DNA of 64,000 nt from a virus. Both the position numbers and the translations under genes were made by a program. This document shows positions 48,049-56,995 of this stretch, piece by piece. A model generated the notes under the pieces. The model was given only the letters and a program-made list of their open reading frames with translations, did not search any database and was not told the DNA's origin. Within the stretch, counting starts at the first letter, position 1, and each line of letters starts with the position of its first letter. Location: IMG/VR virus record IMGVR_UViG_3300006921_004083, positions 59,783-123,782 of that record. One strand, 5' to 3'.

Positions 48049-48849
48049 ATGAGTAGATTTATAAATAACGACGAAGATTCAATATCACAGTATTTTAAGG
48101 ACGTAAGAAAAGAAAAACTTTTAACTCCTGAACAAGAAGTGGATTTAGCAAAACAAATTGCCGAAGGAGATGAGGGGGCAATAGATAAGATGGTTAGAGC
48201 AAATCTAAGGTTTGTTATTTCAGTGGCTAAACAGTACCAGAATAAAGGACTTACATTAAGTGACTTAATAGCGGAAGGTAATCACGGATTAATGAAGGCA
48301 GCCACTAGATTTGACCACACAAAGGGATTTAGATTTATCTCCTATGCAGTTTGGTGGATTAAACAAACTATAGTACAATCACTTAATGAAAATTCTAGAA
48401 CGATTAGAGTACCCGTTAATGTTATAACAGAAAACCAAAAACTTTATAAAGAATTGCAAAAAGCGTCATCCAAAGAAGAAGAGGAGGAACTAAGAGAACT
48501 TTTTAATGTTAAACATATACCACAAACCACTTCTCTTTTCACTAAGATAGACGATGAAGGGTCTGAACTAATTGATTTAATAGCAGATGAGGATTGTAAA
48601 AGACCAGATTATTGTGCAGACGAAGAAGTACAACTAAAAAAAGAATTGGATCAAGTCCTATCTATATTATCACCTAGGGAACAAGATATAATTAAAAGGT
48701 ATTTTGGTCTACAGGGAGAAAGTCAAACTTTGGAGGCTATTGGTGAGGCATATTCTCTAACCAAAGAAAGAATAAGACAAATAAAAGAGAAATCTATTCG
48801 TAAACTTAGAAATAATTCATTTTCATTATTTAGGTTCATGGAAGACTAG
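48049..48849 (+). CDS. RNA polymerase sigma-70 factor, Bacteroidota primary-sigma-like (no region 1.1)
   Basis: ANLRFVISVAKQYQNKG, DLIAEGN.GL.KAA.RFD..KGFRFISYAVWWI, region 4 LTKERIRQIKEK. Confidence 0.92.
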   Translation: MSRFINNDEDSISQYFKDVRKEKLLTPEQEVDLAKQIAEGDEGAIDKMVRANLRFVISVAKQYQNKGLTLSDLIAEGNHGLMKAATRFDHTKGFRFISYAVWWIKQTIVQSLNENSRTIRVPVNVITENQKLYKELQKASSKEEEEELRELFNVKHIPQTTSLFTKIDDEGSELIDLIADEDCKRPDYCADEEVQLKKELDQVLSILSPREQDIIKRYFGLQGESQTLEAIGEAYSLTKERIRQIKEKSIRKLRNNSFSLFRFMED

Positions 48850-48876
48850 GTATTTATATAGTAAAATAAATACATT

Positions 48877-50088
48877 ATGAAAAAAAGATTCTTTCCCGTA
48901 TTAATAGGACTAGCGGCATTATTAGTATCTGGTTCGGCGGCTTTCTACTCAGTGTTTGGGTTAAGTAAGTTGTTCGCAGGGGCAAGTACACAAGTTATTA
49001 TAATGGCGGGGTCTTTAGAGTTTGCTAAATTGGTTGTTGCTTCATTACTATACCAGTATTGGGGTACTATAAATAAGTGGTTACGAGCATATCTTTCTAT
49101 CGCTGTGTTTGTATTAATGGTTATAACAAGTGGAGGTATATATGGATTCTTATCTGGAGCCTATCAAGAAACGGCAACCAAGTCAGAATTTTTAGATAAG
49201 TCACTTGCGGTGTTAGAACAAAAACAGGTAAGGTTTGAAGAAAACAAAACAGATCTAACCATAGAAAAAACACAATTAAATAAAACTATATCAGAATTAA
49301 GGACATCATTATCTAACCCAACTCAAGTATCTTATTATTCAGAAGAGGCAGGACAAGTTATCACAACATCTTCATCATCCGCAAGACGAGCATTACAATC
49401 AGAATTAACAACAACAATTGGAGATAGGGATAAACTAAATCTAAAGTTGGAAGCAGTACAAGATTCTATAATGAGACTTGATACGGAACTTTTAGAGTTA
49501 GAAATAGGAAATGAAGAACAAAGAGAATTAGGACCTTTGAAGTATCTATCCGAAACAACAGGTTATCCTATGGGACAAGTGGTTAATTGGTTCTTGTTAT
49601 TAATTATATTTGTATTCGACCCATTAGCAATTGCCATGGTAGTGGCGGCAAATTTTGCTTTCGCACAAATAAATCCAAAAAAAGAAGAAGTTCCTTCACC
49701 ATATTATTCACCACAACCAATTATTCCTAGAGAAGTTATAATGGAAGAACTAAGTCAAACAGAAATATCTAGAGAGTTAGATAAAAATGATGAGGAACCC
49801 AAAGAAGAATTATACACAGAAGAAGACGAGAAACGAATGGATGTAATTGGGCAAAACGGAAATGATGGAATACATTATGATAATAAAAAAGAAAATGAAA
49901 AGGAGATAATGATTACACCTGAAGAGGAAAAAGTAGAGTTATCTATTGAAAAAGAAGATAAAGATACTATAGTTGATAGAAGAGATGGAGGATGGGTAGA
50001 TCAACCATTAACAGCTAAAGAAAGGATTAAAATAAAACAACAGACTAAATTACAAGAACAAAGATTGATCTATAGAAATAATAGATAG
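48877..50088 (+). CDS. membrane protein with a periplasmic coiled coil
   Basis: Three N-terminal hydrophobic helices, a coiled coil, then LLLIIFVFDPLAIAMVVAA and an acidic tail; GTATTTAT upstream. Confidence 0.7.
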   Translation: MKKRFFPVLIGLAALLVSGSAAFYSVFGLSKLFAGASTQVIIMAGSLEFAKLVVASLLYQYWGTINKWLRAYLSIAVFVLMVITSGGIYGFLSGAYQETATKSEFLDKSLAVLEQKQVRFEENKTDLTIEKTQLNKTISELRTSLSNPTQVSYYSEEAGQVITTSSSSARRALQSELTTTIGDRDKLNLKLEAVQDSIMRLDTELLELEIGNEEQRELGPLKYLSETTGYPMGQVVNWFLLLIIFVFDPLAIAMVVAANFAFAQINPKKEEVPSPYYSPQPIIPREVIMEELSQTEISRELDKNDEEPKEELYTEEDEKRMDVIGQNGNDGIHYDNKKENEKEIMITPEEEKVELSIEKEDKDTIVDRRDGGWVDQPLTAKERIKIKQQTKLQEQRLIYRNNR

Positions 50089-50089
50089 A

Positions 50090-50719
50090 ATGAAGATAAA
50101 CAAAACCAAATTTAGATTAACAGAAAATAACTTTTTTTCTAAACCTCAAACAAAGAATAAAATAGTCTTAAGAAATTCAAGTACAAAAGACATGAAGTTT
50201 TTTAATGGTTGGTTGTTAAGACGCAATGGAGAATACAAAAAAGTAACACCATACACGGTAGACAGAGATGGTAGAGTTTATGAACATTATGACCCAAATT
50301 ATTATTCTGAATTCATGGGAACCAAGACCCTGGACAAAGAAACCATAGGAATAACACTGGTTAACCAAGGGTGGTTAAAAAAAGATTCACTAACCAATAA
50401 GTATAAAGACTGGGTTGGTAATATTTATAAAGGAACCGATGTTTTTAAGAAGCAGTGGAGAGGACATTTCTTTTGGGCACCCTATACTGAAAAACAAATG
50501 AAAGTAGTGGGGGAACTAATTGAAAAGTTATGTGAGGAATATAATATAGAAAAAAATTCTTTATCACATAATGTTATGTTTTCAGAAGCCCCTTCATTTA
50601 ACGGAGTTTTAAGTAAGAGTAATTTTTCTAGGGACTTTACTGATATTTCTCCGTCATTTGAGTTTGATTATATCGATAACAAATTATTAAAAGAAAAAAA
50701 TGATGAGCAATCAATATGA
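50090..50719 (+). CDS. N-acetylmuramoyl-L-alanine amidase-like protein, apparently degenerate
   Basis: YTVDRDGRVYEHYDP, IGITLVNQG, YTEKQMKVVGELIEKLC, TDISP give an Amidase_2-like layout; the Zn-ligand His residues are missing. Confidence 0.6.
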   Translation: MKINKTKFRLTENNFFSKPQTKNKIVLRNSSTKDMKFFNGWLLRRNGEYKKVTPYTVDRDGRVYEHYDPNYYSEFMGTKTLDKETIGITLVNQGWLKKDSLTNKYKDWVGNIYKGTDVFKKQWRGHFFWAPYTEKQMKVVGELIEKLCEEYNIEKNSLSHNVMFSEAPSFNGVLSKSNFSRDFTDISPSFEFDYIDNKLLKEKNDEQSI

Positions 50720-51170
50720 CGAAATAAAAAATCTTCTTTCTAGAAGTAGAAACATGAGATATGTTATTAAAGAAGAGGAAGGAAGAGAACTAACACCCGA
50801 AGAACAAAAAAGAGAGGAAGAGGATTTTCGTAGGGCTGTTTCGGATAGAGTTAAATTTGGTAAGATAAGAATTTATGAAAGTGGAGGATTACCAAAAGTA
50901 GAATGGATGGGAGAATTAATAAGAGAACGAATGGAATTTGTTTTCTCTTTGGATGATACAGTTGGTTGTTATATAAGTGCTGATCTTTTACAATTAAGAG
51001 ATGAAACATTAAAAACATTAGAAAAGTTAAGAGCGTATTATGATGGGTGGGCTAAAAAATGGTCCGAGGAAACATCTACAGAGTTTGAAGAAATGGAAGA
51101 AACTGAAGAAGAGCAAGAAGACTTTGATGATATGGGTGTTACTGACCCCGGAGATGATATAGAAATGTAA
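50700..51170 (+). CDS. acidic hypothetical protein (possible internal head protein)
   Basis: YDEIKNLLSR...VIKEEE N-terminus and acidic tail. Confidence 0.6.
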   Translation: MMSNQYDEIKNLLSRSRNMRYVIKEEEGRELTPEEQKREEEDFRRAVSDRVKFGKIRIYESGGLPKVEWMGELIRERMEFVFSLDDTVGCYISADLLQLRDETLKTLEKLRAYYDGWAKKWSEETSTEFEEMEETEEEQEDFDDMGVTDPGDDIEM

Positions 51171-51172
51171 TT

Positions 51173-51481
51173 ATGGAGTTTATTAAAAAGTTTTGGAAAT
51201 TTATTGTTGGGTTTTTTGGATTTATTATAGGTCTAGTGTGGTTTATGAACGCTAACTCTAATAAAAAAGTCAAAAGGATTAAAAAGAACATTAAAAAAAA
51301 TAAGAAAAAAACAAAAGAAGTAGAAAAGAAAATCCAACAAATTAAAAAAGAAAAAAAAGTTACTAAAAAGAAAATAAAAAAAACTGACCAACAATTAAAA
51401 GAAATAAAAAAGAAAAAACCAGTTGTTAAAAAGAAAACAGCATCACAAGCGGTTAACTCCTTAAAAAATCGTCTTAAATAA
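51173..51481 (+). CDS. N-anchored membrane protein with a Lys-rich coiled coil (i-spanin-like candidate)
   Basis: Single TM FWKFIVGFFGFIIGLVWF followed by a very basic helix. Confidence 0.6.
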   Translation: MEFIKKFWKFIVGFFGFIIGLVWFMNANSNKKVKRIKKNIKKNKKKTKEVEKKIQQIKKEKKVTKKKIKKTDQQLKEIKKKKPVVKKKTASQAVNSLKNRLK

Positions 51482-51621
51482 TGAAAAATTTTACAGAAAA
51501 ATCAGGGGGAGTATTACTTATCACTCTTATGTTTTTACTTGTAATTTTTAATTCTTGTGGGGTTACCAAAACTGTAGAAAAGTGTGACACAGAAAAAAAA
51601 GAATGTTGTTCTAAAAAATAG
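51481..51621 (+). CDS. small lipoprotein (46 aa, absent from the ORF track)
   Basis: Translated by hand: MKNFTEKSGGVLLITLMFLLVIFNS-CGVTKTVEKCDTEKKECCSKK*. Hydrophobic core and lipobox Cys; coupled to the upstream stop (TAATG). Confidence 0.7.
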   Translation: MKNFTEKSGGVLLITLMFLLVIFNSCGVTKTVEKCDTEKKECCSKK

Positions 51622-51625
51622 TTAT

Positions 51626-52030
51626 ATGAAAAAATTAAATTATTATGAAGTTTTAATTTGGACCTTTGTTATCGGAGTGATGTTAACCATGACTATCCCA
51701 GCTCAGGCCCAAAACCACGTATTCACCGAACAACAAGTTATCGAAATGGATTCATTATTTCAAGTGTATGAACAAACTGATAGTTTACAAAAAATAGAAA
51801 TTAAATTACTTAACCAACAGTTATTGAATTATAGGACTTTACAAAAACAGGATAGTTTACATCTAATGTATCTAGACCAAAATATAGTCTTATTAAATGA
51901 AAGAATAGATTTATATATAGACCTCACCAAAGAGTTAGAACCTAAATGGTATAAAAAACCAGCGGTACACTTTTTTCTAGGGGCCGCCACCATCGTAACT
52001 TCATCCTGGGTAGTTTCAAATATTAAGTAA
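51626..52030 (+). CDS. exported coiled-coil protein with a C-terminal hydrophobic helix
   Basis: Start moved to ATG 51626 (MKKLNYYEV...); signal peptide ending AQA; C-terminal WYKKPAVHFFLGAATIVTSSWVV. Confidence 0.65.
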   Translation: MKKLNYYEVLIWTFVIGVMLTMTIPAQAQNHVFTEQQVIEMDSLFQVYEQTDSLQKIEIKLLNQQLLNYRTLQKQDSLHLMYLDQNIVLLNERIDLYIDLTKELEPKWYKKPAVHFFLGAATIVTSSWVVSNIK

Positions 52031-52060
52031 TTATCTTTATTTCGTTATATTTATATATAA

Positions 52061-52396
52061 ATGAAATATAACATGGATAATATACGCAAATCACTACGTC
52101 AAAATTTATTAAAAGAAAGAAGAAGAAGATCTCCTGAAATAGAAGATATTGAGATTGAGACGGGTACCCGTCAAGACGAAGAGATGACTCTACTATTACA
52201 TGACATCAACCAACTGAATCAAAGAGTACAATATCTAACCAGTCTTAACACAGATTTAATAGAGTTTCTACATACCTTAGTTAAAAGTTTAGACCATAAT
52301 AATGATATAGATATAAGTGACGCTAGAAAAGATTTCACAGTTTTATTAAATAGATCAGGTAGACGTAAATTCTATCAACAAACAAAAAGACTATAA
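52061..52396 (+). CDS. hypothetical protein (possible internal head protein)
   Basis: ATATTTAT at 52047; N-terminal IRKSLRQNLLKE. Confidence 0.6.
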   Translation: MKYNMDNIRKSLRQNLLKERRRRSPEIEDIEIETGTRQDEEMTLLLHDINQLNQRVQYLTSLNTDLIEFLHTLVKSLDHNNDIDISDARKDFTVLLNRSGRRKFYQQTKRL

Positions 52397-52397
52397 A

Positions 52398-53885
52398 ATG
52401 AATTTAAGAAAAACACTACGAAAAACATTATTAGAAAACACCTCCAATACTACAGCTTATTATTGTTGTGATGATAGTGATTTATTGGCTTGTAATGCAG
52501 GGGGACCATACTATGACCCATATATTAATCAAAACAATGTAATCGCATTAAATATGTATTCACCAGGAAGTCCTCTGAATATAATTTATGGGACGGCTTT
52601 TCCACAAGGTTACCCATACAATCCGTGGTCAAGTATACAGGACTATCAAGATTGGTGTAATGACCCAATGGTGTCAAATCAAAGTGGACAAGTAGGGGCT
52701 TGGTGCGATGTAGTAGTAGACTCAGTAACATCATATCCAGTAAAGTGCGGTGGAATTGGAATAGATACTTTTGGAGATACCGTTAGCATGAAAAAACCCG
52801 AAACTAGAAAAGGATTCCAAGATGACGTAGAGGAATTAAGACGTAAAGGAAGGAGAAGATCACAGAGTCATGGATATGGTTGTGATTGTGGCGATGGTAA
52901 TTATGATAAAACATGTTGCACTGGGTTAAGTGAATCTAAACAATGTAAATCAGGTATGTATTGGTGTAAAAAATCTGAGAAATGTAAACCAATAAATAAA
53001 AGTAAAAGAAAAAGAGAACAAACCACTTCAGGTGCGGCAGGAGCTTTTAGTCAACCAGTTTTCGGCAAACCAATAAAGAGAAGTATTGGGGAACAAACCC
53101 TTAACCCTGGAGCAGGAACTAATACACAAACAATTCAAGGGGGACAATGTGATGGAGATATAATTGCAGACTATACAATTACTGATTATACATCATTAAT
53201 AGGTGCATTTGTCCATCTTGTAAACAACTATGGAATGTCTGCTGATTTTAGAGACTATGCTTTTACAAAATCTAATGGTGATTATGTTAATCTAGAAATA
53301 GACATACATGAGGATGGCGGTGTAGTCGAATATTTTTCAATAGATGAAATTCATGAAACATACGGAACAGGTCCATTTACTACTGTACAAGAATTATTTC
53401 AATTTTTTCAAGGTCCAAAATCACCAGGGTCAATATCTTTAGGAACATTATTATGTACCGGAGTACAAGGAGTAGATAATTCATTACCTACAGTAGGATT
53501 AGACTCAACAGGTATGGGAGACGGTCCAGGAATGCCTGAATCACCAAATAAAAAAATAAGAAGAGGAAAAATGAAAATAGGTGAGTCTGAATTTATTAAA
53601 TTAATTGAAAAATCAGTTTACGCAGCAACTCATGGAAAAATAATTAAAGAGGCACTTACTGATGCAGATGAAAAAAGAATAGGGGTTTTAGCTAGAAAGG
53701 AACTAAAAGATTATGAAACTAAATTAGAAAAAAAGGTTGACCAAGCAATTAAAAAAGCGTTAAAAGGAAAAGATTTTGAAACTAGCACTCTTAAGATTAC
53801 CAGAAATGCAATTATACAACTATATAAAGCATTATGGATTAGAAGAAGTTTTTGGACGGACTATATCAAAAATACACCATCCTAG
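52398..53885 (+). CDS. mosaic hypothetical protein (possible processed internal head protein)
   Basis: LRKTLLE N-terminus; small Cys modules separated by (L/I)xE sites. Confidence 0.6.
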   Translation: MNLRKTLRKTLLENTSNTTAYYCCDDSDLLACNAGGPYYDPYINQNNVIALNMYSPGSPLNIIYGTAFPQGYPYNPWSSIQDYQDWCNDPMVSNQSGQVGAWCDVVVDSVTSYPVKCGGIGIDTFGDTVSMKKPETRKGFQDDVEELRRKGRRRSQSHGYGCDCGDGNYDKTCCTGLSESKQCKSGMYWCKKSEKCKPINKSKRKREQTTSGAAGAFSQPVFGKPIKRSIGEQTLNPGAGTNTQTIQGGQCDGDIIADYTITDYTSLIGAFVHLVNNYGMSADFRDYAFTKSNGDYVNLEIDIHEDGGVVEYFSIDEIHETYGTGPFTTVQELFQFFQGPKSPGSISLGTLLCTGVQGVDNSLPTVGLDSTGMGDGPGMPESPNKKIRRGKMKIGESEFIKLIEKSVYAATHGKIIKEALTDADEKRIGVLARKELKDYETKLEKKVDQAIKKALKGKDFETSTLKITRNAIIQLYKALWIRRSFWTDYIKNTPS

Positions 53886-55228
53886 TGGAAGAAGTAGTAA
53901 AACACGATCTGATAAGTGCTTTTAGTGGGGGTACAACTTCCATAGAAGAACAAACAACCTCTTCTGACGCGGGTCAATATGTAACACCACAAGTTTGGGC
54001 AAAGGATGCTAGTAGTTGGAGAGCGATGAATGATCCAGACTTCCCTATGTATGGAGGACCAGGAGGGAGATTTGTTAAGGTAAAGAAAAAGTGTTCAACG
54101 TTCCCTTATTGTAATCAAGGAGACATTAACGCTTTAGATTTTTATGAAAAACCTAAGAAAAAAAGAAAAAGTAAAAAAAGAATCAAGAAAAAGAAAAAAA
54201 ATAAATTAACTCCTTTAGGTATAAGAAAAAGAAAAATAGCTAAAGATTTAGTGAGGACACAACGAATAAAAACACCGAGAGGTAAACATTATAATATAGG
54301 TAAGCGAATATCTGAAGATACTGGATATTTATATTATAATAACTTATTGACCGTACAAGAGGTTGAAAAAGCAATATTAGAGAATACTATGAAAAATAAA
54401 TTTAGAAAAACCGGAAAAATGTTAGAGGAATCTGTTAAAAAACATTTAATAAATGAGATAGAGACCCACCAAGCTCAAAAATTATATGCTAAGTTAGATA
54501 AACAACAAGGTAAGAGCAATGCAGAAGGGTTGAAACTGGCGGCGGATAAAATTAAAAAATTTATGACAGACGACAAAGGAGTTGAAATGAATCCACCGAT
54601 GTATAGAAATACGAAACCACAAGATGAATATGTGGAGGAAATTAACTACAGTTCAGGACAAACAGGTATTAAATATGATCAGCCCCTAAGTGATGAACAA
54701 AAGAAAAGACATACGGATTATCTTGAAGGATCGATAACTACTGGTAACAACACAGGGAAGGGTGTTGATGGACAACAAGTTGCTAATATCACAATGACCA
54801 ACTCTGAGGGGGGTGCGAATACAACTGGTGAGTTATTAAAAAAGGCAGCAGAACGAAGAATGAAAAATAGAGCGAAAGGTATGGAGATGATGAATAATGA
54901 TAGACGATATTCACCAGATGTACAAGCTACTACATCGGCTGGAAAATTAAAAGAAAATCTTATTACAATCCATGAGCATTCGATTGATACCCCTGAACAA
55001 ATTTTAACTTTAACTCCTCGTGTTTACAAAGTAGACGGCAGAGAATTTAATATTAGTAATGGAAAAGAAACTAAAAAAGTAAGATATGAAAGTTTTATAG
55101 GTGGAAAGAAAGGAGGAACAATTGTAATTTTAGAGGAAAGTAATAAAAAAGGTCTAAGTGAAGAATTAAGTAGGATTAAAAATATGTTTAGTCATAATAC
55201 AAACACGAGACACAATAAATTTATATAA
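53885..55228 (+). CDS. hypothetical protein (possible internal head protein)
   Basis: In-frame GTG at 53885 overlaps the upstream TAG; EQTTS motif, KKKCSTFPYCNQGD, C-terminal LSEELSRIKNMF. The start is uncertain; ATG 54389 is an alternative. Confidence 0.55.
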   Translation: MEEVVKHDLISAFSGGTTSIEEQTTSSDAGQYVTPQVWAKDASSWRAMNDPDFPMYGGPGGRFVKVKKKCSTFPYCNQGDINALDFYEKPKKKRKSKKRIKKKKKNKLTPLGIRKRKIAKDLVRTQRIKTPRGKHYNIGKRISEDTGYLYYNNLLTVQEVEKAILENTMKNKFRKTGKMLEESVKKHLINEIETHQAQKLYAKLDKQQGKSNAEGLKLAADKIKKFMTDDKGVEMNPPMYRNTKPQDEYVEEINYSSGQTGIKYDQPLSDEQKKRHTDYLEGSITTGNNTGKGVDGQQVANITMTNSEGGANTTGELLKKAAERRMKNRAKGMEMMNNDRRYSPDVQATTSAGKLKENLITIHEHSIDTPEQILTLTPRVYKVDGREFNISNGKETKKVRYESFIGGKKGGTIVILEESNKKGLSEELSRIKNMFSHNTNTRHNKFI

Positions 55229-55229
55229 A

Positions 55230-55751
55230 ATGAAAAGTAACGATATTTTAAGAGAAGAATTGGCTCGTATGAGACAACTAATGGGAATGAGTGGTTCCTT
55301 ATACCAAAAACCTATAATGGAAGATGAGTCTAAATCTCATGGAGATGCGGAACCGAACCCGGCAGATTATAAAGGAGGGGAATCAAATCCAGAATATAGA
55401 ACAGCTTATGAACACTGGAGAGAGGCACACCAAGCTAGACCACCAGCTAGACCACCAGCTAGACCACCAGCAAAAGGTGGTCCATCACCAGCACCAGGAC
55501 CTAAACCACCTTCACCACCAGCTTCACCACCAGCTTCACCACCAGCTTCACCACCAGCTTCACCACCATCTTCTTCCAGTGATAAAGGAAAAGGAAAAGA
55601 TGTTAAAAAAAGAGGAACAGGAAGCTTACCAGGAGACTTTATGTTACCAATTGGTATGATTCCAGGTATGGATAAAGGACCTAATAAAGGAGGAAAAAAA
55701 GGAGGAAAAAAAGGTAAAAGAGGTAAGAAGAAAAAAAGAGATGAAGAGTAA
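55230..55751 (+). CDS. Pro-rich, Lys-rich low-complexity protein
   Basis: ILREELARMRQLMG N-terminus; ARPP and ASPP repeats. Confidence 0.65.
   Translation: MKSNDILREELARMRQLMGMSGSLYQKPIMEDESKSHGDAEPNPADYKGGESNPEYRTAYEHWREAHQARPPARPPARPPAKGGPSPAPGPKPPSPPASPPASPPASPPASPPSSSSDKGKGKDVKKRGTGSLPGDFMLPIGMIPGMDKGPNKGGKKGGKKGKRGKKKKRDEE
55434..55568 (+). repeat. two in-frame 12-nt tandem arrays
   Basis: GCTAGACCACCA x3 (55434-55469) and CTTCACCACCAG x~5 (55510-55568). Confidence 0.9.
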
Positions 55752-56472
55752 AAAAATATACTTAACACAAGAACAACTTGGAAAAGTAGTTGAGAATCTT
55801 ATTAAAGAAGCAACAGGAACTGATGCGTTGCAAGCTATGGACCCTAAAAAAGGTGTGGTAAAAGGAAAATATACCCCCACAGTTAAAGTACCAGTTAAAG
55901 GACCAGTTAAAGGACCGGGTAAAGTAACAGGAGGACCCACAGGTACAGGAGTTATAACTAACTTTGGTTCACCAAATCAAGTTAGTACAAGTACAAGCGG
56001 AGAGGGAGTACCAAACACAACTAGTAGTAGTACAACTATTGGACTAAATGATATGTTCGGCCCTATGTTTAGTAATGATATAGGATATGATCAATCAATT
56101 AGTAATAATATGAAGTGGCAACAACCAACAGACTTCAAAGGAGTTAACCCAACTTATTTACCAGGTACGTCAAACGATCCAGGGGCTAACTTAAAACTAA
56201 CAGGTGATTTTGGAGTTGACGGAGTTAAATTAAATACCATGAGTGGAGAATATGATATTAAACTAGGTAAACAATTTACTAAAGATATGAAAAAAGGAAA
56301 AATGCCTAAGAAATCTAAAGTAAAACACGCAGAACTTCATCCTAGTAGACATAAAAATAAGTCAAGAATTAAAAATGTGGTACATCCCGATGGTATAACA
56401 AGAGGGGGCGTAACTTTTGACTCTTCATTTAAGGCAGGAAAAGGAGGAGACCCATTTACAGTTAAATCATAA
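55741..56472 (+). CDS. hypothetical protein (possible internal head protein)
   Basis: KKIYLTQEQLGKVVENLIKEA N-terminus; Gly/Thr/Lys-rich. Confidence 0.6.
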   Translation: MKSKKIYLTQEQLGKVVENLIKEATGTDALQAMDPKKGVVKGKYTPTVKVPVKGPVKGPGKVTGGPTGTGVITNFGSPNQVSTSTSGEGVPNTTSSSTTIGLNDMFGPMFSNDIGYDQSISNNMKWQQPTDFKGVNPTYLPGTSNDPGANLKLTGDFGVDGVKLNTMSGEYDIKLGKQFTKDMKKGKMPKKSKVKHAELHPSRHKNKSRIKNVVHPDGITRGGVTFDSSFKAGKGGDPFTVKS

Positions 56473-56482
56473 TAAAAATTAG

Positions 56483-56513
56483 TTTACTTAAGGAACTCCC
56501 ATTCTATATTTAT
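56483..56513 (+). promoter_or_regulatory. overlapping sigma70-like promoter and ATATTTAT motif
   Basis: TTTACT-16 nt-TATATT, with ATATTTAT at 56506-56513. Confidence 0.5.
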
Positions 56514-56518
56514 CTTAT

Positions 56519-56995
56519 ATGGAACAAGATAATAAAGGAGGACTAACCCCACGAGAATTTTTTGAATACGTATCAACACCAGTAACTGAAGATTTTACTA
56601 AGTTTTTTTATCGTGCGCATAATATAACATTAGAGAAGAGTGATCTCTATAATGAATATCTCCTTTCTTTTTTTGAAATAGTTTTTAGTACATACTTAGG
56701 ACCAGAACATATAAACACAAAACAAAAGATGGAGGAACATTTTAAGTGGTGTTGGGAAAAGAATAATAATAATTTCGCTAAGGAGGGTATTGAAATAAAG
56801 AATAGTAAGGAAATTATTGATTATTTTAGAGAGTTTGCTTTAGAGTCTTATTATAGTGTACAAAAAGAAAGTAATGTAGAAACAAAGATAAAGTGGTTCT
56901 GGAAGAAATGTTTCGACTATCATGGGGCGAGAACAAGAAGTGAGTTAGATATTTTAGGAGAAGTGTACACAATTTTTGAAAAAGCCATCCAATAG
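56519..56995 (+). CDS. hypothetical protein
   Basis: 158-aa ORF; TYLG...HFKWCWEK...FAKEGI. Confidence 0.7.
   Translation: MEQDNKGGLTPREFFEYVSTPVTEDFTKFFYRAHNITLEKSDLYNEYLLSFFEIVFSTYLGPEHINTKQKMEEHFKWCWEKNNNNFAKEGIEIKNSKEIIDYFREFALESYYSVQKESNVETKIKWFWKKCFDYHGARTRSELDILGEVYTIFEKAIQ

Noticed and set aside
51584-51625. Track start at 51584 for the 148-aa ORF
   Set aside because: It overlaps the lipoprotein gene; ATG 51626 gives a clean signal peptide right after the upstream stop.
55434-55568. CRISPR-like array
   Set aside because: Contiguous 12-nt coding repeats without spacers; no intergenic region in the window is long enough for an array.
55324-55768. His/Gln-rich ORF 55324-55659 (+) and Gly/Ala-rich ORF 55406-55768 (-)
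   Set aside because: Alternative-frame shadows of the 12-nt repeats; 55230-55751 fits the operon spacing and shares motifs with its neighbours.
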